The notes under the pieces are model-generated. The model saw only the letters and a list, made by a program, of their open reading frames with translations. It did no database searches and was not told where the DNA came from. The position numbers and the translations under genes are program-made. DNA of 64,000 bases from Bdellovibrionales bacterium (GTDB lineage: Bacteria; Bdellovibrionota; Bdellovibrionia; Bdellovibrionales; UBA1609): assembly GCA_965116155.1 (NCBI GenBank), contig OZ220488.1, positions 1,496,318 through 1,560,317 on the forward strand, in the 5' to 3' direction. This document shows positions 51,825 through 61,158 of this stretch, in pieces. Positions within the stretch are counted from its first letter, which is position 1. The number at the start of each line of letters is the position of its first letter.

Positions 51825-53071
51825 GCTGGTACATAGGTTGGGTTAGTGTTGTGCTTTGCTGCGGCATGCCGCATGTGGCGTGGTCTAGCAAAAACACCAA
51901 GTCTCCCCCAGGTCGCTCTAACCAAACTAAAATCGAGGTAGAGCCCGGATTTAGTTTAGAGCGCTCAGGTCCTGTTAGTCAGCAGCCCAATACACAAGCC
52001 AACAAGCACCTCAACAAGCGCCCTGGCCGCGTGCAAAAGCCGCAAAAAACTCCACAGCGGCATATTGCTAGCGTGCAAAAAAGGCGTGCGCTAGAAATAA
52101 AGCTCAAACAAAATCCAGACCATGTGCCCACTCGTGAGGATTTAGCGGACCTCTATTACAAAAGCAAAAACCATAAAAAGGTGGTTGTAGTGTTGGCGCC
52201 TTACTCTAACGAGATTGGTTTTGATAGTGTAATGCTATTGTCGGATTCCTATGCTCAGCTCAAAAAATGGGACGCCAACATTGCACTTTTAGAAAGGCTG
52301 ATTCAAAAAACCACCCCCCCGAGGTTTAGACCGTATTTTTTGTTGGCAAAAGCGCTTTTACAAAAAGGCAATCAGGATGAAGCAGCAAAAAACTTAGAGC
52401 AAGCCACACTTTTGGCGCCGAAGCATTTGCCGAGCTTTAGAATGCTTGTAGAGTTTTACGAGGAGCAAAAAAACTGGTTCGCGCAAAGGAGCCTAATTTT
52501 AAACGCCATGAAGGCCATGGGGCCAAGAGGGGAGTTTTTAAATGCACTATGCTCGGCTCAAACTCAAGCCAAGTTGGTTAAGGAGAGCATTTTAGCCTGT
52601 AAAAGGGCTATTAAAAAAACCCCCTCCTACGAACCCAACTATATAGACTTAGCTTATGGTCTAGCTTATCAGGGCAAAACGGCGCAGGCAGAAAAAGTGC
52701 TAACCCAGGCGGCTAAGAAGTTTAAAGGGTCAGAGTTTATACAGTGGTCGGTGGGGGAGTTTTTTTTCTCTCAAAAAAATTTCATGGTAGCGATAAGGTT
52801 TTTAAAAAACGCCGTACAAAACAAGCCCAACTCGGCGCGTGGGCATTTGGCTTTAGCGATTTCTTTGTTTCAAGGGGCTTTTTACAAAGACGCTCTTAAG
52901 CATTATATGCTGGCCTGCAAATATGAGGACTCTGGGCCTCAAAAAAGCCTAGAAGAGTTTCGTACAGCTTTGGCTAAACTTAGTACCTTGAGCCAGACAG
53001 ACCCCGAGCTGCTTAGCATGCTAAGTGCATACACCAAGCAAGAAGCGCGTTGTGTAAAGGCTCAACCATAG
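51821..53071 (+). CDS. secreted TPR-repeat protein (416 aa)
   Basis: Signal peptide VVLCCGMPHVAWS, a basic Pro/Gln-rich linker, then helical repeat units with the A..Y/L..A TPR pattern. Confidence 0.6.
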   Translation: MRWYIGWVSVVLCCGMPHVAWSSKNTKSPPGRSNQTKIEVEPGFSLERSGPVSQQPNTQANKHLNKRPGRVQKPQKTPQRHIASVQKRRALEIKLKQNPDHVPTREDLADLYYKSKNHKKVVVVLAPYSNEIGFDSVMLLSDSYAQLKKWDANIALLERLIQKTTPPRFRPYFLLAKALLQKGNQDEAAKNLEQATLLAPKHLPSFRMLVEFYEEQKNWFAQRSLILNAMKAMGPRGEFLNALCSAQTQAKLVKESILACKRAIKKTPSYEPNYIDLAYGLAYQGKTAQAEKVLTQAAKKFKGSEFIQWSVGEFFFSQKNFMVAIRFLKNAVQNKPNSARGHLALAISLFQGAFYKDALKHYMLACKYEDSGPQKSLEEFRTALAKLSTLSQTDPELLSMLSAYTKQEARCVKAQP

Positions 53072-53087
53072 GCTAAACTGGCCTTGT

Positions 53088-54680
53088 ATGTTGAGCGTGG
53101 GTGTAGATATTGGCAGCTATAGCATTAAGCTTGTTGCAGCCAAAATGGCGGGCACGCGTTATGAGGTGGTGCGCGCAGAGGAGTTTAGGTTTTCTACCAA
53201 ACCCAATGCCGACATTAGTCTGGAGACTTTAGAGCACTTAAAGCATATTGTGTCGCTTTTTAACACCGGGCAGGCGCGGTTTGTGTTGGCTTTGCCTGAT
53301 CGGCACGTGTGCACGAGGTCGATTTTTTTTCCGTTTAAAGAAAAGCACAAAATTTTAAAAACCCTGGCTTTTGAGCTAGAGGATAAAATTCCGTTTTCTA
53401 TGCATAACTCTGTGTGCGATGTGCAAATGGGTCGCCCCATGTTGGGCGGAGTGCAAACTTTGGGTGTGGCGGCTTTAAAAGACAAAATCGGCGGTTATTT
53501 AGAGACCCTTAAAACTTCAGGCCTGCAGCCTTATGTATTGGGGGTAGAGAGCTTGGCATTTGCGAATGTGTTTTTGTTGTCGCAAAAAAATGCAAAAGCA
53601 GAAAGGTCAAAATACTGTGATGTGTTGTTAGACTTTGGGCACCAAAGCACTAAGGTGGTTTTGGTATCGGGCCAGTATATTTTAGATGTGGGCAGTGTGG
53701 ATTGGGGCATGCACAATGTTATTGAAGCCATCGCGCACAAGTACAGCTTAGGTTATTTAGAGGCCTTAGGGGGAGTGCGCAGCAAGGGGCTTAAGGTTTT
53801 GTTAGATTACAAAGATGCCTCAAGGCGCGATACGGCGTTGTCTCAGGTGGTAAAAAAGGCTTTTGGGCCTTTCTTAAGAGAGTTGATGCTGCTTTTAACA
53901 GAGTGTCAAAGCGAGCATTCTGTGCAGTGTGGTCGTGTGCTGTGTAGTGGTTGGGGTGCGCGCATAGAGAACGTGGCAGGTTTAATAACCCAAGGGATCA
54001 ATATGCCAGTGCATGTTTTTGATGAAACCGGCACAGGAGTGCGGGGTGACTGGTCGTTAAAGGAGCATCCGTCTTATCTTGGGGCCTTGGGTTTAGCGCT
54101 TGAGGGGTTTAAGCGCTCAAGCACTCGGGGGCCGAACTTTTTAAAAGGTGCTTTTAAGCCTTCGGGTCAGGATATAGGGGCGATGTTTAAGCGTTGGCGT
54201 GTGGGTTTGTCATCGGCTGTAGCGCTGTATTGTTTGGCTTGTGTGTGGGGCGTTTGGAGCGCATCACTGGGTCAAAGGCTATCCGATGATACCTATGCAG
54301 CTTTAACAAAGCATGCAGTAAGCATTACGGGCTTGCCACGCAGTCAGGTTAAAGTGCCTACTATTCAAAGTTATATAGACTCTGCAGATGCGCGCAAAAA
54401 ATTCTATGCTTCTTATGAGAGTTGGCAAAAGGCTCCTTCGGCGCTGCATGTGTTAGCACGTTTAAGTGAGCTTATGCCGAAGACATCTTTGGTTGTGCAA
54501 AAGTTTTTATTTGAGCCGTCGGTTTTAAAAATCGCAGGCCAAGGAGAGCCGACGGATGTGCGTGCTTTGCGAGAGGGGCTTAAAAACTTGGGCTTATCTG
54601 TTGAGGTAAACGACTTAGCTGCAGGCGAGCGGCCTGAGGGTGCGGGTTTTGGTTTTGAGGTGCAGATAAAAAGCTTGTAG
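53088..54680 (+). CDS. GspL-like bitopic protein (PilM-type actin-like domain + TM + periplasmic domain, 530 aa)
   Basis: N-terminal VGVDIGSYSIKLV (actin/HSP70-fold phosphate-1 motif), a single TM VGLSSAVALYCLACVWGVWSA at about aa 370, and a C-terminal ~140-aa periplasmic part. Confidence 0.6.
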   Translation: MLSVGVDIGSYSIKLVAAKMAGTRYEVVRAEEFRFSTKPNADISLETLEHLKHIVSLFNTGQARFVLALPDRHVCTRSIFFPFKEKHKILKTLAFELEDKIPFSMHNSVCDVQMGRPMLGGVQTLGVAALKDKIGGYLETLKTSGLQPYVLGVESLAFANVFLLSQKNAKAERSKYCDVLLDFGHQSTKVVLVSGQYILDVGSVDWGMHNVIEAIAHKYSLGYLEALGGVRSKGLKVLLDYKDASRRDTALSQVVKKAFGPFLRELMLLLTECQSEHSVQCGRVLCSGWGARIENVAGLITQGINMPVHVFDETGTGVRGDWSLKEHPSYLGALGLALEGFKRSSTRGPNFLKGAFKPSGQDIGAMFKRWRVGLSSAVALYCLACVWGVWSASLGQRLSDDTYAALTKHAVSITGLPRSQVKVPTIQSYIDSADARKKFYASYESWQKAPSALHVLARLSELMPKTSLVVQKFLFEPSVLKIAGQGEPTDVRALREGLKNLGLSVEVNDLAAGERPEGAGFGFEVQIKSL

Positions 54681-55454
54681 GTGGGTGTGCAGGATATTGT
54701 AGATAGATTAAGGGAGCTTGTTAAGCAGCTACTGTTTAGGTTGCAAGAGAGTGCTTTATACTCTCAGGTGGAGGAGAGATTTTTTGCTCTTTCTCTTAGA
54801 GGGCAACGACTAGTGGTGTGGGGTCTGGCTGTGACACTGCTTTTAGTGGTGGGCAGCGTGCCGTATGCGTTTTACCAGGATGCGCGTGCACGTTTTACAG
54901 TGGTGCAGCAGGATCGGCAGCTTTTGAACCATCTGTTTAAGGCAGCTCAGGTGCCCTCGGCCTTTAGTGTGCCGCAGTTTGGGGCAGGGGAGCTTGTGGA
55001 GCGTATTAGTGCATTGTTGCAAACGGAGCTGCTAGCGCCTCAGCAGGTGCAGGGGGTGGGGGTTGCGCAAGGTCGGTCGCCGCGCTTGCAGGGCGTGTCG
55101 GTTGTGGCGCAAGAGGTAGTAGAGCTAAAGCTGGCGGGGTTAAATGTGTCGCAGGTGGTAAAATTAGCAGAGCAAGTGGAGTCTTTGAGTCCGAGTGTGA
55201 AGCTAGCGGGTTTGCATATGGAGCCTTCGGCTTTAACAGAAGCCCAAGGCAGTGCTGGGTATTTTGATGTGGTGTTTCACTTTGCTGCTGCTAAGTTTCC
55301 TGAGACAAAGCCGCTTGCGCAGGCAGTAGCAGAAGGTGCAACGCAGCCTGCTGCTCCCTCTGGTGCGCCGGGGGGTGATGCAGGTGCGCCGGCCACGCCT
55401 CCTGCTGTTCCTGAAGCTCCTTCGGCTGATGCGCCCGACACAGGAGGCGTCTAA
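54681..55454 (+). CDS. GspM/PilO-like bitopic protein with Pro/Ala-rich tail (257 aa)
   Basis: GTG start directly after the upstream stop. Cytoplasmic helix, TM LVVWGLAVTLLLVVGSVPYAF, periplasmic domain, then tail AAPSGAPGGDAGAPATPPAVPEAPSADAP. Confidence 0.45.
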   Translation: MGVQDIVDRLRELVKQLLFRLQESALYSQVEERFFALSLRGQRLVVWGLAVTLLLVVGSVPYAFYQDARARFTVVQQDRQLLNHLFKAAQVPSAFSVPQFGAGELVERISALLQTELLAPQQVQGVGVAQGRSPRLQGVSVVAQEVVELKLAGLNVSQVVKLAEQVESLSPSVKLAGLHMEPSALTEAQGSAGYFDVVFHFAAAKFPETKPLAQAVAEGATQPAAPSGAPGGDAGAPATPPAVPEAPSADAPDTGGV

Positions 55455-56398
55455 TGGGTCTTATAAGGGGCTTGGCACGGTTTTTAACTTTGATTTTAAA
55501 GTCCCACAAAAGGCATGTGTTTTTGTGGGTGGTGGTGTTTTTTGGTTTTGTGGTGCTGCTTTTCCCGTACCAAGAGGCTTTGGAGTATGGGGCGGGTTTG
55601 GTGTCTCGTGCTACTAATCAAAAGTTACATATGAATTTTGAGCAAGCAGGGCTTAGTTTTTACCCTTTGGGGTTGAAGCTTACTAAGGTGAGTGTAAAAA
55701 GTCCTTTAAGGCCGGGGGCGCTAGAGGCTGAGAGCCTTGTATTGGTGCCGGTGTGGCGCGAGTGGGCTTTGCTTAAAATGGCTCTTGGGCTTAAGCTGAG
55801 CAAAGTGTTTGGTGATGGCGAAATGGACATTATGTTAAGCCTGGGTCGGGGTTTAAGTGGTGAAAAAGGTCTAAAGCTGCGAGCTAAGGATGTAGATGTA
55901 GAGCCTTTGTGCATGCTTTTAGCTTGTCCCGTTGTGTTGAGGGGTAAGTTGGGTGTGGATGTGGGCGCCCAGGTGGATATGGAGGATTGGGCTCAGTCTC
56001 AAATAAGTTTGCGTGCTAAGGCGCAGCCTTTGGGAATGGCGTCTGGTAGCTTGGCAGGTTTTAGGTTGCCAGGCTTGGAGTTTAAGACGGCGCAACTGGG
56101 CGTGGTGTTTAAGGAGAGCAGGTTAGACATGAGCGAATTGGCTTTGGGTGAACCTGCGGATCCTTTGGCTGTAGAGGCGAGGGCGCGGGTGGCTTTGAGC
56201 GACAAGCCTCAGTGGAGCGTGGGTAAGTACACGGTGGACATGAAAATCAAGGCCAAGCACTCTATAAAAGAGGAGCCTTTTATTCAGCTGGTACTGAGTT
56301 TTGTGGATCAGTTTAAGACTCCTCAAAGTGGCCAAGACAGTTACGCCTTCAAAATGACCGGCACCGGCCTGAGTAACCCGCCCCAGCTAGCACCTTAG
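55454..56398 (+). CDS. GspN-like membrane-anchored protein (314 aa)
   Basis: The start overlaps the upstream TAA stop by 1 nt (taATGg). N-terminal TM VFLWVVVFFGFVVLLFP followed by a beta-rich body. Assignment rests on position and architecture only. Confidence 0.4.
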   Translation: MGLIRGLARFLTLILKSHKRHVFLWVVVFFGFVVLLFPYQEALEYGAGLVSRATNQKLHMNFEQAGLSFYPLGLKLTKVSVKSPLRPGALEAESLVLVPVWREWALLKMALGLKLSKVFGDGEMDIMLSLGRGLSGEKGLKLRAKDVDVEPLCMLLACPVVLRGKLGVDVGAQVDMEDWAQSQISLRAKAQPLGMASGSLAGFRLPGLEFKTAQLGVVFKESRLDMSELALGEPADPLAVEARARVALSDKPQWSVGKYTVDMKIKAKHSIKEEPFIQLVLSFVDQFKTPQSGQDSYAFKMTGTGLSNPPQLAP

Positions 56399-57047
56399 CT
56401 GTTCAAATACCGCTCTAGCTTTCTTAATGAGACGTATAGCAGGTTTTTAAAAAACGGCGCGGGTCTTAGTGCAAAAAATCAAGAGCGTTTTCGTGCCATT
56501 TCGGAAAAATTAGGTGCTTTAAGTATTCAGTTTAACGACAACCTTAGGCGAAGTACTGCGGACTTTAAGTTATATTTGAGCGAGGATGAGATATCAGGGT
56601 TGCCTGAGGATTTAAAAGCCGTCGCCTGCAAAAAGGCTCAAGCTGCAGGCGGTAAAAATCAATACGTGATTGGCATAGACTATTCGGATTATCTACAAGC
56701 CATGAAGTACTTAGATAGTTCTGAAGCTCGGCGTAAGCTATGGGACGCCAAGGGCAAGGTGGTGACCTCCCCTTAAAAATCATAGTGTGTCTTTAAGTAT
56801 GGGGCATATATTTTACAGTGGATACGATGCGGTTTTATACAGTTACCTTTGGTCTGAGATGTTGGTGGCGGGTGCTTGGCCGGTGTTTGAGCGGGGTGGT
56901 TTTTTGTCACACAAAATGGGGCGCCGGTTTGAGGAGTGTATTTTATCTAAAGGCAACACTCAGGATGCGGAGGTTTTGTTTGCGGATTTTTGCCCACACC
57001 AACCTACTGCCCAAGACCTAATCCAATTTTGGGGATTTAAAGACTAG
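56399..57047 (+). pseudogene. remnant of an M3-family peptidase (Dcp / oligopeptidase A) lacking start, catalytic core and HExxH
   Basis: Frame 2, 56399-56776, has no start codon until 56576 and reads FLKNGAGLSAKNQERFRAISEKLGALSIQFNDNL...EISGLPEDL...YLDSSEARRKLW (N-terminal third of Dcp/PrlC). Frame 3, 56787-57047, reads GHIFYSGYDAVLYSYLWSEML...RRFEECILSKGNTQDAEVLF (extreme C-terminus). About 400 aa in between are missing. Confidence 0.8.
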
Positions 57048-57137
57048 CCACAACACCTTGAGGCTTTCGCTCGCCTCCTCGATATGCCCTTCGGGCACCA
57101 TCGCAGAGCCAGCGCTCGGAGCTCAAGGTATTTTGGC
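57047..57137. repeat. family-H-like long hairpin
   Basis: Arms gccacaacaccttgag / ctcaaggtattttggc (2 mismatches). Sits between the convergent pseudogene and rpoZ, so it could act as a bidirectional terminator. Confidence 0.65.
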
Positions 57138-57143
57138 CTGCCT

Positions 57144-57386
57144 TTAACGATTTAAATATTTTTCTAGCTGCTGCTGGGGGGTGGGGCCTTGGGGGTCGTG
57201 CTCAAAGCCCACCGTGCCCCCTGCGACCTCTCGCAGGGCGTTTACGACGCTCATGTTGCCGCTTTCTTGCACAGAGGTGAGCGCTGCACCCTTGATCAGC
57301 TGCTTGGCTCGCTTAGAAACCAACACCACCAGCGAGAACCTGTTGGGGACTTTTTCTAGACAATCTTCTACCGTTACCCGTGCCAT
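57144..57386 (-). CDS. rpoZ: DNA-directed RNA polymerase subunit omega
   Basis: [30 protein letters not shown] is the canonical RpoZ N-terminus. Confidence 0.92.
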   Translation of the reverse strand: MARVTVEDCLEKVPNRFSLVVLVSKRAKQLIKGAALTSVQESGNMSVVNALREVAGGTVGFEHDPQGPTPQQQLEKYLNR

Positions 57387-57471
57387 GCTCTACAGCAGCT
57401 CCTTTATAGTACCCCAATCGCAATGCGCAGCAAGCCCAGGGGGCTCCGCAAGCTCCTAGGGGACCCACAGA

Positions 57472-57798
57472 CTATGCCTGAGGCGCACTTTTTGTCAACA
57501 GGCTTTGCAACTCACCGGCTTTATACATCTCCATCATAATATCACACCCCCCTACAAATTCGCCCTTTATGTAGAGCTGGGGTATGGTGGGCCACTGGCT
57601 GAAGTCCTTAATGCCCTGGCGGATTTCGTTGTCCTCCAGCACATCTATGCCCTTAAAGTTGGCCTGGAGCTCTTTTAGCACTTCTACCGCTCGGGCCGAA
57701 AATCCACACTGAGGGAAACTGGGACTCCCTTTCATAAACAGCACCACCGGTTGTGATTGCAGCAAATGCTCTATGCGTTCTTTTATTTGTGTTTGCAT
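57472..57798 (-). CDS. grxD: Grx4-family monothiol glutaredoxin
   Basis: VVLFMKGSPSFPQCGFS active site, WPTIPQLYI.GEFVGGCDI. Confidence 0.9.
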   Translation of the reverse strand: MQTQIKERIEHLLQSQPVVLFMKGSPSFPQCGFSARAVEVLKELQANFKGIDVLEDNEIRQGIKDFSQWPTIPQLYIKGEFVGGCDIMMEMYKAGELQSLLTKSAPQA

Positions 57799-57851
57799 AT
57801 CTTTAGGCTCCTTTGCTCTTTGGCTCCTTAAGGATTGTTTTTCGCTAAAAA

Positions 57852-58601
57852 CTAAAAAAACTCTTTTAACCCTTTTAATACCTTGGGGCTTAGCTCGTGC
57901 CCTCCCTCAAAGGGAACAAACTCCACCGATAGGACTTTTTGTTCTAAAAGGCTCTTAAGTTTAAGGGCGAGCTCAAAATCTAAAACCTCATCCCCTTTGC
58001 CATGCGACAAAAACACTCTAACACCCTTAAGACGGTTCAGGTTCTTTTGCCACAGTGTACGACAGATTAGGGTGCCAGAACAAAGCGCCAAGCCATCTAG
58101 CGGCAAATGCGCAAAATGCATTAGCGCCATATGCACTGACAAAATTGCCCCCTGGCTAAAGCCTCCCAGTACAAAGCGAGGCGGAGCGTCGGCGCGCGCA
58201 AACAAAGCCGCCAAAGCCTCTGACACCTGCTTGCAACTTTGGTCTAAGCCCTCAGGGTGCATGTGCTCTATTTTGCTTAAAAGCTCTGCCCGGGGCATGG
58301 TTTCAAACTCGCGAATACTAAACGGGTACCAGGCTCTGCCATACAAAGCCCCTCCCAAAGGGACCTTATAAGGCCCGTTTAAAAACATCCAGCTGCCGGG
58401 TTTGTTTTCAAAATGCCTCGCAAAAAAACTCAAATCACGGTAGTTGGCTCCATAGCCATGGAAAATCACGCGCACCACCACGGGCCCTGTGCTAGCAGCG
58501 GCCCACTCGTGCAAAGGCAAAGCGGGGTGCAAAAGGCAATCCATCCCACAGAGGGTGTCTTTGTACAAAAAATCACGCACCAAAGTGCTCTTCTTGTTCA
58601 T
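57852..58601 (-). CDS. alpha/beta hydrolase, phospholipase/carboxylesterase family
   Basis: FHGYGAN, nucleophile elbow GGFSQGA, late GKGDEV and GGHE blocks (Ser-Asp-His order). Confidence 0.7.
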   Translation of the reverse strand: MNKKSTLVRDFLYKDTLCGMDCLLHPALPLHEWAAASTGPVVVRVIFHGYGANYRDLSFFARHFENKPGSWMFLNGPYKVPLGGALYGRAWYPFSIREFETMPRAELLSKIEHMHPEGLDQSCKQVSEALAALFARADAPPRFVLGGFSQGAILSVHMALMHFAHLPLDGLALCSGTLICRTLWQKNLNRLKGVRVFLSHGKGDEVLDFELALKLKSLLEQKVLSVEFVPFEGGHELSPKVLKGLKEFF

Positions 58602-59961
58602 GGGCCAACAAACGCGCCCTAGCGTAGTAGCTTTTGTGGGGAGATAGCTGCAGAAAGTGTTTTATCTCTGACATATAAATACAAGCGTAGCGCTCCACCT
58701 GATAGGCCAAGTAGCTGTCTTCGTATTGGGCTTTCATAAGTTCTCCCCAGTAGGGGTTAAAGCATGCATGCAGGGCGTCGGATTTTTCAGTAATTGCAGT
58801 GTCGAGCAGTTGGTGTTTTTTTAACTCTGCACCTAGTAGCTCAGGGTTTGTAGGCTCGGTGCTAGCCAGGCTTTCTAGTTGACTAAGATTATGCTCGCAT
58901 TGCAGCTTTTGCTGGGTGAGGTCATGTATTGCTCTGCGTATCGGTGCGCTTTGGGCGAGTTTTAAAATTTCGTCCTCTAGCTCTTCTACTACAAGAGCCG
59001 TGCGCCAGGCGCACTCTTTTTTTAGCCTTACGACATCGCCATAAATGTGGTCTCCCACATACAAAATGTCATTAGGTAGCAGCTTGAGCTCTTTTGTAAA
59101 AGCCGTGGCGCAGCCTCCATAGTATATGCCGGGGCTGAGCTTGTGCACCTGGGAGCTCAAGTGACCACTTTTAGGATCGATGCGTAAAAATGGCAGCTCG
59201 TCATAAAAAAAGCGCGGCTTCACAGCATCAGTAATGACGTACTCAAAAAGCTCCTGCCAGTCTTTGTGCTCCTTTAAATAGGGGTTCAGGGTATGGTCTA
59301 GCAGGGTGCGCGTGTAAGCATAGTGCGAATTGGTGAGGAGGAAGATTTTTTTTCCCGACCTCTTAAGTCGCTCCAAACCCTCAGCCACACTGGGCTCTGC
59401 TGTGACATAACGGTCTAAATCCAAGGCGACTTTGTCCTTTAAAACTCCGCTCCTATGGGCGAGCTCGAGCGCCTGGTTAACATCGTCGGCAATTTCTTTG
59501 TAAGTGGGCATAGCAGACTTAGAATGAGCGTCTTTAAACTCCACCAAGCGGGCATAGATAGAAGTAAAAGCCAAAGAAAACGCGGTATCTACCGTAAGGT
59601 ACATGGAGTCTTTAAGGTCTATATAACTGCCGCTGTAGATGCTGCTGTGTTCGTCAGGGTGCATGCGCCGGGTGCCATGGTAACTAATGGCAATGGCTCC
59701 ATGGCGGCTAAGCTTGAGCAAGTTGCCGCGTATAGGGTCGATCACCAACCCCCGGATCGCACGTTGAAAATCCATTTTAAACCCCAGCACTTCCTCAGGG
59801 TAAAAGAGCTTTTTAACCAGGTAGTCTATAATGGTGTCATGCGTGAGCTGCTCAAAGCTGCGGGTTTTGTATTTGACCAGCGTGTGGTCCATGTCGAAGC
59901 CTACGCACTTAATGCGGCGCATATTTAGATATCTGTTTACATAAACTTTATTAGAGGACAT
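58573..59961 (-). CDS. HAD-IG family 5'-nucleotidase (cN-II-like)
   Basis: VYVNR.L.M..IKCVGFDMDHTLVKY (DxDxT), LLTNS, YVGDHIYGDV. Length 462 aa. Confidence 0.8.
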   Translation of the reverse strand: MSSNKVYVNRYLNMRRIKCVGFDMDHTLVKYKTRSFEQLTHDTIIDYLVKKLFYPEEVLGFKMDFQRAIRGLVIDPIRGNLLKLSRHGAIAISYHGTRRMHPDEHSSIYSGSYIDLKDSMYLTVDTAFSLAFTSIYARLVEFKDAHSKSAMPTYKEIADDVNQALELAHRSGVLKDKVALDLDRYVTAEPSVAEGLERLKRSGKKIFLLTNSHYAYTRTLLDHTLNPYLKEHKDWQELFEYVITDAVKPRFFYDELPFLRIDPKSGHLSSQVHKLSPGIYYGGCATAFTKELKLLPNDILYVGDHIYGDVVRLKKECAWRTALVVEELEDEILKLAQSAPIRRAIHDLTQQKLQCEHNLSQLESLASTEPTNPELLGAELKKHQLLDTAITEKSDALHACFNPYWGELMKAQYEDSYLAYQVERYACIYMSEIKHFLQLSPHKSYYARARLLAHEQEEHFGA

Positions 59962-60135
59962 TATAGTTTTTGCCTTATCTCCTTGTGCCAGTAGTGCCTC
60001 ATGCCGGGTTTAACCTATGGCCTTTTGCATAGTGTGCCATGTTTTTTGCCCGCCGTTTTTTTGGGCGTTAGGGTTTTTATGCATTATGCTTGGGGGCTTT
60101 GACAAGGGCGGGGCTAGTTTGGGAGGGTTTTAGTT

Positions 60136-61158
60136 TTGTTAAATGGTATACAGTTTATAGAGTATTCTTCTTCAGATCCTGAGGCTTTAGAGGCCTTGTT
60201 TAAGCAGTTGGGTTTTGCGTGTACCCATCGCAGCCGTGTGCAGCAGGTGGATGTATACTCGCAGGGCAGGATGCATTTTTTGCTAAACAAGCGCGAGAGC
60301 TCTTTTGCGGGCAAATTTGCCGCGCAGCATGGGCCTAGCATTGCCTCTGTGGGCTTTTTTGTAGATGACCCTGCGGGTGCTAAGGCTAAGGCTCAAGAGC
60401 GTGGGGCAAGGCCCTTAGAGGACAAGGGCGCGGCGTTTTTGCAACCTCCAGCAGTGTATGGCGTGGGCGATTCGCTTATGTACTTTGTAAAAGGCAGCGA
60501 GGGGGACTTTGCTTTGGATTCTGTGGTGGAGGGCTTGGAGCCTGTGCAGGGCGCGCCTCAGGGAGCAGGGGCGGGCTTGGATCGCATTGATCACCTAACT
60601 AACAATGTGCCGGTTAACCAAATGGACAGGTGGTGCGCGTTTTATAGCAAGGTGTTTGGTTTTAGGCAGGTGCGGGAGTTTAAAATCGAAGGGCAGCAAA
60701 CGGGTTTGGTTTCGAAGGTGATGGTTTCAGAAAACTCCAAGGTGATTATTCCGGTTAATGAGCCTCGGGGGGAGAAGTCACAAATACAAGAGTACATTGA
60801 TACCTACAAGGGTTCTGGGGTGCAGCATGTGGCTTTAAGCAGTAAGGGCATAGTGCAGAGCGTGGAGTGGTTGAGGTCGAAGGATGTGCATTTTTTAAAA
60901 GTTCCCGACACCTATTACGAGGCTTTGCCGCGCAGGTTAAGTGGGATCAAAGAGAATTTGGCAGACTTGCAAAAAAACCGCATCCTGGCAGATGGTGATG
61001 ACGAGGGTTATTTGCTGCAGATATTTACCCAAAATGTGGTGGGGCCGATTTTTTACGAAATCATCGAGCGTCATAGCCATGATGGTTTTGGCGAGGGGAA
61101 TTTTCAGGCCTTGTTTGACAGTATGGAAGAAGACCAGCGCCGTAGGGGGTATTTGTAA
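60136..61158 (+). CDS. hppD: 4-hydroxyphenylpyruvate dioxygenase
   Basis: TTG start. IDHLTNNV, GVQHVAL, and EIIERHSHDGFGEGNFQALFDSMEEDQ.RRG, the characteristic HppD C-terminus. Confidence 0.88.
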   Translation: MLNGIQFIEYSSSDPEALEALFKQLGFACTHRSRVQQVDVYSQGRMHFLLNKRESSFAGKFAAQHGPSIASVGFFVDDPAGAKAKAQERGARPLEDKGAAFLQPPAVYGVGDSLMYFVKGSEGDFALDSVVEGLEPVQGAPQGAGAGLDRIDHLTNNVPVNQMDRWCAFYSKVFGFRQVREFKIEGQQTGLVSKVMVSENSKVIIPVNEPRGEKSQIQEYIDTYKGSGVQHVALSSKGIVQSVEWLRSKDVHFLKVPDTYYEALPRRLSGIKENLADLQKNRILADGDDEGYLLQIFTQNVVGPIFYEIIERHSHDGFGEGNFQALFDSMEEDQRRRGYL

